Origin: Bryobacterales bacterium
GTDB taxonomy: Bacteria > Acidobacteriota > Terriglobia > Bryobacterales > UBA6623
NCBI GenBank assembly: GCA_965205595.1
Contig: CBDBHI010000067.1
Location: 207,674-271,673 of the forward strand
Reading direction: 5' to 3'
DNA length: 64,000 bases
The stretch's first letter is position 1. Every line of letters begins with the position of its first letter. Positions 60,295 through 64,000 of this stretch are shown one piece after another. A program made the position numbers and the translations under genes. The notes under the pieces are model-generated. The model searched no databases, was not told the DNA's origin, and worked only from the letters and a program-made list of their open reading frames with translations.

Positions 60295-60816
60295 CTACTG
60301 CCAGTAGTGCAGCCGGCGACCCTCGGAATCAGTAAACTCGCCGGTCGTGATCATGACCAAATCATAGATCCACCAGACACCCAGAAATCCACCCAACGTT
60401 ATTGGGAACAATAACGCGGTTCCGATCTTCCCAACGTAAAAACGGTGTGCGCCGAGAGCCCCCAGAAACAAGCACAGCAGCAGCGCCGTGAGCCGGTTGA
60501 AGCCTGAAGGGTTTGCAACCACTCGACCCGCCGCGCCAATCTCCGCCCGTGGCACCTCACCCAGGCGCCAGCCACACCCGCCACAGAACGAGTCATCCGC
60601 GCCCATCGCCGCACCGCATTGCGGACAAAATAGCGAAGCCTCGGAACTCGTCGGGCTATCATCCGCAACCGTCGGCTCGGTCGCTTCGGAAGGAGTCTCG
60701 AACGCCTCGTCGGCCACTACGCCCTCGTCTTGCACCGTCTCAACCGACGTGGAAGCCCCGCCATCGGGGTTGAGCCCGGTCTGCTCGCCGTGATCATCGT
60801 ATCTTTGCTCACTCAT
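60295..60816 (-). CDS. Zinc-ribbon + TM2 domain protein
   Basis: CPQCG...FCGGCG followed by LFLG.LGAHRFYVGK.GT. Confidence 0.85.
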   Translation of the reverse strand: MSEQRYDDHGEQTGLNPDGGASTSVETVQDEGVVADEAFETPSEATEPTVADDSPTSSEASLFCPQCGAAMGADDSFCGGCGWRLGEVPRAEIGAAGRVVANPSGFNRLTALLLCLFLGALGAHRFYVGKIGTALLFPITLGGFLGVWWIYDLVMITTGEFTDSEGRRLHYWQ

Positions 60817-60906
60817 GCTGCCTGAATATACGCTCTCATGCCAAAAAAGTTCCCCGTCTCCGTTTCGTCACCTATGCTGGTAGACTACCGGCGCTAAGCG
60901 GGCAGC

Positions 60907-63900
60907 ATGGTCCAGGGATCCCTTAAAAATCCGCACGCGGTTGTTGTTGGTGCGCTGACTGTTTTATTACTAGGCGCAGTCGCGGCGTCGCGCATCGCGA
61001 CCGATATCCTGCCAATCTTCACTACGCCCGCGGTGCAGGTGCTGACCCTCTACCCCGGCATGCCGGCAGTGGTGATGGAAAAGGACATCACCAGCCGGCT
61101 TGAGCGTTGGACCGGCCAGTCTAATGGAATCGCGAGGCAAGAATCTCGCTCGATGAACGGCGTATCGATCGTTCGCGATTACTTCCGGCCCGACATCGAT
61201 GCCAATACCGCGATGTCGCAAGTGTCCTCGCTCGCGATTGCCGACATGTACTACCTCCCTCCCGGCACAGTGCCGCCGATGATCATGCCGTTCGACCCGA
61301 CGGCCAGCCGCCCGCTCTGCTTGGTCAGCGTCAGCAGCGAGACATTCGACGAAACGCAGCTTTACGATATTGCATATTTTGAGCTTCGAAACCGATTGCA
61401 GGGGATCACGGGCGTTATAGCCCCGGCGGTTTATGGCGGTCGCATTCGCCGCATCCTCGCCTACGTCGACCGTGACAAACTTACCGCGCGCAACCTTTCG
61501 CCGATGGACGTGGTTCGCACGCTAAAGAACTTCAACACATTCATTCCGACCGGCAACGCTAAGATCGGCCCGTTCGACTATCAAATCAACGCCAACGGCA
61601 TGGTACGCGATGTCGAAGAGATGAATCGCTTCCCAATTCGCATCGGCAAGGGTGGCGCCCCGATTAGCATTCGCGATGTCGGAGAGGTGGAAGACACGGC
61701 GCAGATCCAGTCGAACATTGTTCGAGTCAACGGCCGGCGACAGGTTTACATCCCGATCTATCGGCAACCGGGCGCGAACACGATCGCCGTCGTCGACGGC
61801 ATTAAAGAAACTCTGTCTACGATCTTGGAGCGTCTCCCTAGAGGAGTGAAACTCGACGTCGTTCTCGATCAGTCGATCTACGTGCGCAAGGCGATTAGCA
61901 GCCTGCAACGCGAGGCCGCGCTGGGAGCCGTGCTGGCCGGCCTGATGATCTGGATGTTTATAGGGAGCCTGCGCTCGACCGGCGTCATCATGCTTTCGAT
62001 TCCGCTCTCGGTCACTGCCGCGATCGCCTGTTTGTACTTCACCGGTGACACTCTAAACGCCATGACGCTGGGAGGTCTAGCACTGGCTGTGGGTCGCCTG
62101 GTCGATGACTCGATCGTCGTCCTTGAAAACACCCATCGCCACCTCGACATGGGAAAGTCTCCAATCGAAGCGGCCCGCGCCGGTGCGGCTGAAGTGCGGA
62201 TTCCGATCCTCGTAGCAACCGTCGTAACCATCGTCGTGTTTGCGCCGGTAGTATTCTTGACGGGCATCGGGAAGTTCTTGTTCACACCGCTGGCTATGAG
62301 TGTCACTTTCGCGATGCTGGCGTCGTACGTTGTCGCGCTCACCGTGGTGCCCGCCTACTGTACCCGGTTCTTGCGCGCGGGTTCCCTGCGTGAGGGCGGG
62401 TTTGAGCGCATGCAGGCGGGCTACATTCGATTGCTAAGCGCTGCTATGCGCGGCCGAGTACCGACGTTGCTGGTCGTCGCGATAATCGTCGCGCTGTCCG
62501 TGCCGCTGTACTGGAACATCGGACAAGAACTCTTCCCTCAGCTTGACACCGGCGAGTTTTCGATCCAAGTCAGAGTAGCGTCGGGTACCCGCATCGAAAA
62601 AACTGAAGAGCAGGTCGCGGCGGTTGAAAAGGTTGTGACCGAGGCCATCGGCGCGGACCTCGATTTGCTAATCTCCAACACCGGCGTGCTCTACGACTGG
62701 CCGGCAGCCTACACGCGCAACGCGGGCCCGATGGATTCGACGTTCATGGTCCAACTGACGCCCGAGCATTCGACGCCGTCATTCGATCACGTCCGAGCGC
62801 TGCGTTCTTCGCTTGCTGAGCGGTTTCCCCTGCTCGACTTTTCGTTCGAGACCGGCGGGATGATTAGCTCCGCGATCAACTTCGGCTTGCCCTCGCCGAT
62901 CAATGTCCAGATTCAAGGCAACGATCTGGCGAAAGCCGCCGAGCTTGCCCGCGAGGTGCGTGGTGTGATCCAGGCGGTGCCGGGAACCGTCGATGTCCGC
63001 ATCCAGCAGAAGCTTGACTACCCCCAACTTTCGATCGATCTCGACCGCGAGAAAGCCGCGCTGTTGGGAATCAACGCCGACGAGGCGGTGAAGAACATCG
63101 TCGCCAGTTTGAACTCAAGCGTGAACTTCGACCCGGCCTTCTGGATCGATGAACGCAACGGCAATCACTATTTCGTAGGTGCGCAATATCGCGAAGAAGA
63201 CATCTCCTCGATCGACTCAATATTGGACATTCCGATTACGTCGCCAAATCAAGCGCCTACGGCCATGCTGACGTCGAGCGGATCGCGAGCTGCCCCACGC
63301 CCCGAAACGTCAATGGAGAGCGCGCCGGTACTACTGCGAAACATCGCTACCATTCGCCGCACGACCGCGCCTACCGAGGTGACGCATGTCAATATCAGCC
63401 GAGTGACCGATGTGTATGCGAATGTTGACGGCCGTGACGTGGGCGGTGTCGCCGCCGACATCGAGCGAGGCCTGGCCCAGATTGCAACCCCCGAGGGCTA
63501 CTCGATCACGCTGCGCGGCGAAACCGAGTCGATGGCGGAATCGTTCGGCGGACTCACCCTAGGTTTCGCTTTAGCGGTAGTCTTGGTCTACTTCGTGATG
63601 GTGGCGCTGTTTCGCAGTTTTCTTGACCCCTTCATCGTGATGTTGTCGGTGCCCCTCGGCTTGGTTGGCGTGCTTTGGATTCTGTGGGCAACCGGCACAA
63701 CTCTCAACATTCAGTCATTTATGGGCACTATTTTCATGATTGGCATCGCCGCCTCGACTTCAACACTGTTGGTTGAATTTGCCAACCGCCTGCGCTCCGA
63801 AGGCATGAGCGCCCACGACGCGGCGCTCGAGTCGGCACGCGTCCGGCTGCGCCCGATTCTGATGACTACCGGGACGGCGCTCTTAGCGCTTATGCCGCCG

Positions 63901-64000
63901 GCACTCAACGCCGCCGAGCCAATCATGCCATTGGCGAGGGCCGTAATCGGGGGCCTAACCACGTCGACCATCCTGACTCTGATCGTCGTCCCGCTGTTGT
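60907..64000 (+). CDS. RND efflux permease (AcrB/CzcA family), 3'-truncated by the window edge
   Basis: Manually translated from ATG 60907: YPGM...E..IT..LE, GRLVDDSIVVLEN, RLRPILMTT and PLARAVIGGL motifs. The frame is open to the end of the window. Confidence 0.92.
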   Translation, partial: MVQGSLKNPHAVVVGALTVLLLGAVAASRIATDILPIFTTPAVQVLTLYPGMPAVVMEKDITSRLERWTGQSNGIARQESRSMNGVSIVRDYFRPDIDANTAMSQVSSLAIADMYYLPPGTVPPMIMPFDPTASRPLCLVSVSSETFDETQLYDIAYFELRNRLQGITGVIAPAVYGGRIRRILAYVDRDKLTARNLSPMDVVRTLKNFNTFIPTGNAKIGPFDYQINANGMVRDVEEMNRFPIRIGKGGAPISIRDVGEVEDTAQIQSNIVRVNGRRQVYIPIYRQPGANTIAVVDGIKETLSTILERLPRGVKLDVVLDQSIYVRKAISSLQREAALGAVLAGLMIWMFIGSLRSTGVIMLSIPLSVTAAIACLYFTGDTLNAMTLGGLALAVGRLVDDSIVVLENTHRHLDMGKSPIEAARAGAAEVRIPILVATVVTIVVFAPVVFLTGIGKFLFTPLAMSVTFAMLASYVVALTVVPAYCTRFLRAGSLREGGFERMQAGYIRLLSAAMRGRVPTLLVVAIIVALSVPLYWNIGQELFPQLDTGEFSIQVRVASGTRIEKTEEQVAAVEKVVTEAIGADLDLLISNTGVLYDWPAAYTRNAGPMDSTFMVQLTPEHSTPSFDHVRALRSSLAERFPLLDFSFETGGMISSAINFGLPSPINVQIQGNDLAKAAELAREVRGVIQAVPGTVDVRIQQKLDYPQLSIDLDREKAALLGINADEAVKNIVASLNSSVNFDPAFWIDERNGNHYFVGAQYREEDISSIDSILDIPITSPNQAPTAMLTSSGSRAAPRPETSMESAPVLLRNIATIRRTTAPTEVTHVNISRVTDVYANVDGRDVGGVAADIERGLAQIATPEGYSITLRGETESMAESFGGLTLGFALAVVLVYFVMVALFRSFLDPFIVMLSVPLGLVGVLWILWATGTTLNIQSFMGTIFMIGIAASTSTLLVEFANRLRSEGMSAHDAALESARVRLRPILMTTGTALLALMPPALNAAEPIMPLARAVIGGLTTSTILTLIVVPLL

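Overview
This is a GC-rich bacterial window, most likely Acidobacteriota (Bryobacterales-like). That assignment is inferred from a TIGR03437-type C-terminal domain protein, a DUF1552/DUF1592 pair and many Tat-leader enzymes. Housekeeping and metabolic genes include glnE, RNase J, a TRAP transporter with an HpcH aldolase, an ABC permease, oxidoreductases and an RND permease that runs off the right end. The accessory zone (~6-29 kb) ends at the 3' end of tRNA-Asn(GTT). It holds five Cys-type sulfatases, a GH3 glycosidase, a TonB-dependent receptor and nested mobile DNA. The main discovery is a ~260-360-bp non-coding repeat present three times (11938-12151 joined to 16625-16671; 24113-24447; reverse at 28355-28717). 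Copy 1 is occupied by a group II intron (12152-16624) whose EBS1/EBS2 candidates are complementary to the repeat's target site. The other two copies are empty targets. The intron is itself split in domain VI by an IS21 element with a 6-bp target duplication. An IS1182 sits at the edge of copy 2, and an IS630 interrupts the TIGR03437-type gene through a TA duplication. Other points: a knottin-like Cys tail on a secreted subtilase, an overlapping small-gene/nucleotidyltransferase pair, a Tat-flavoenzyme/tetraheme cytochrome operon, and apparent leaderless promoters. All alignments were done by eye and no database searches were run.
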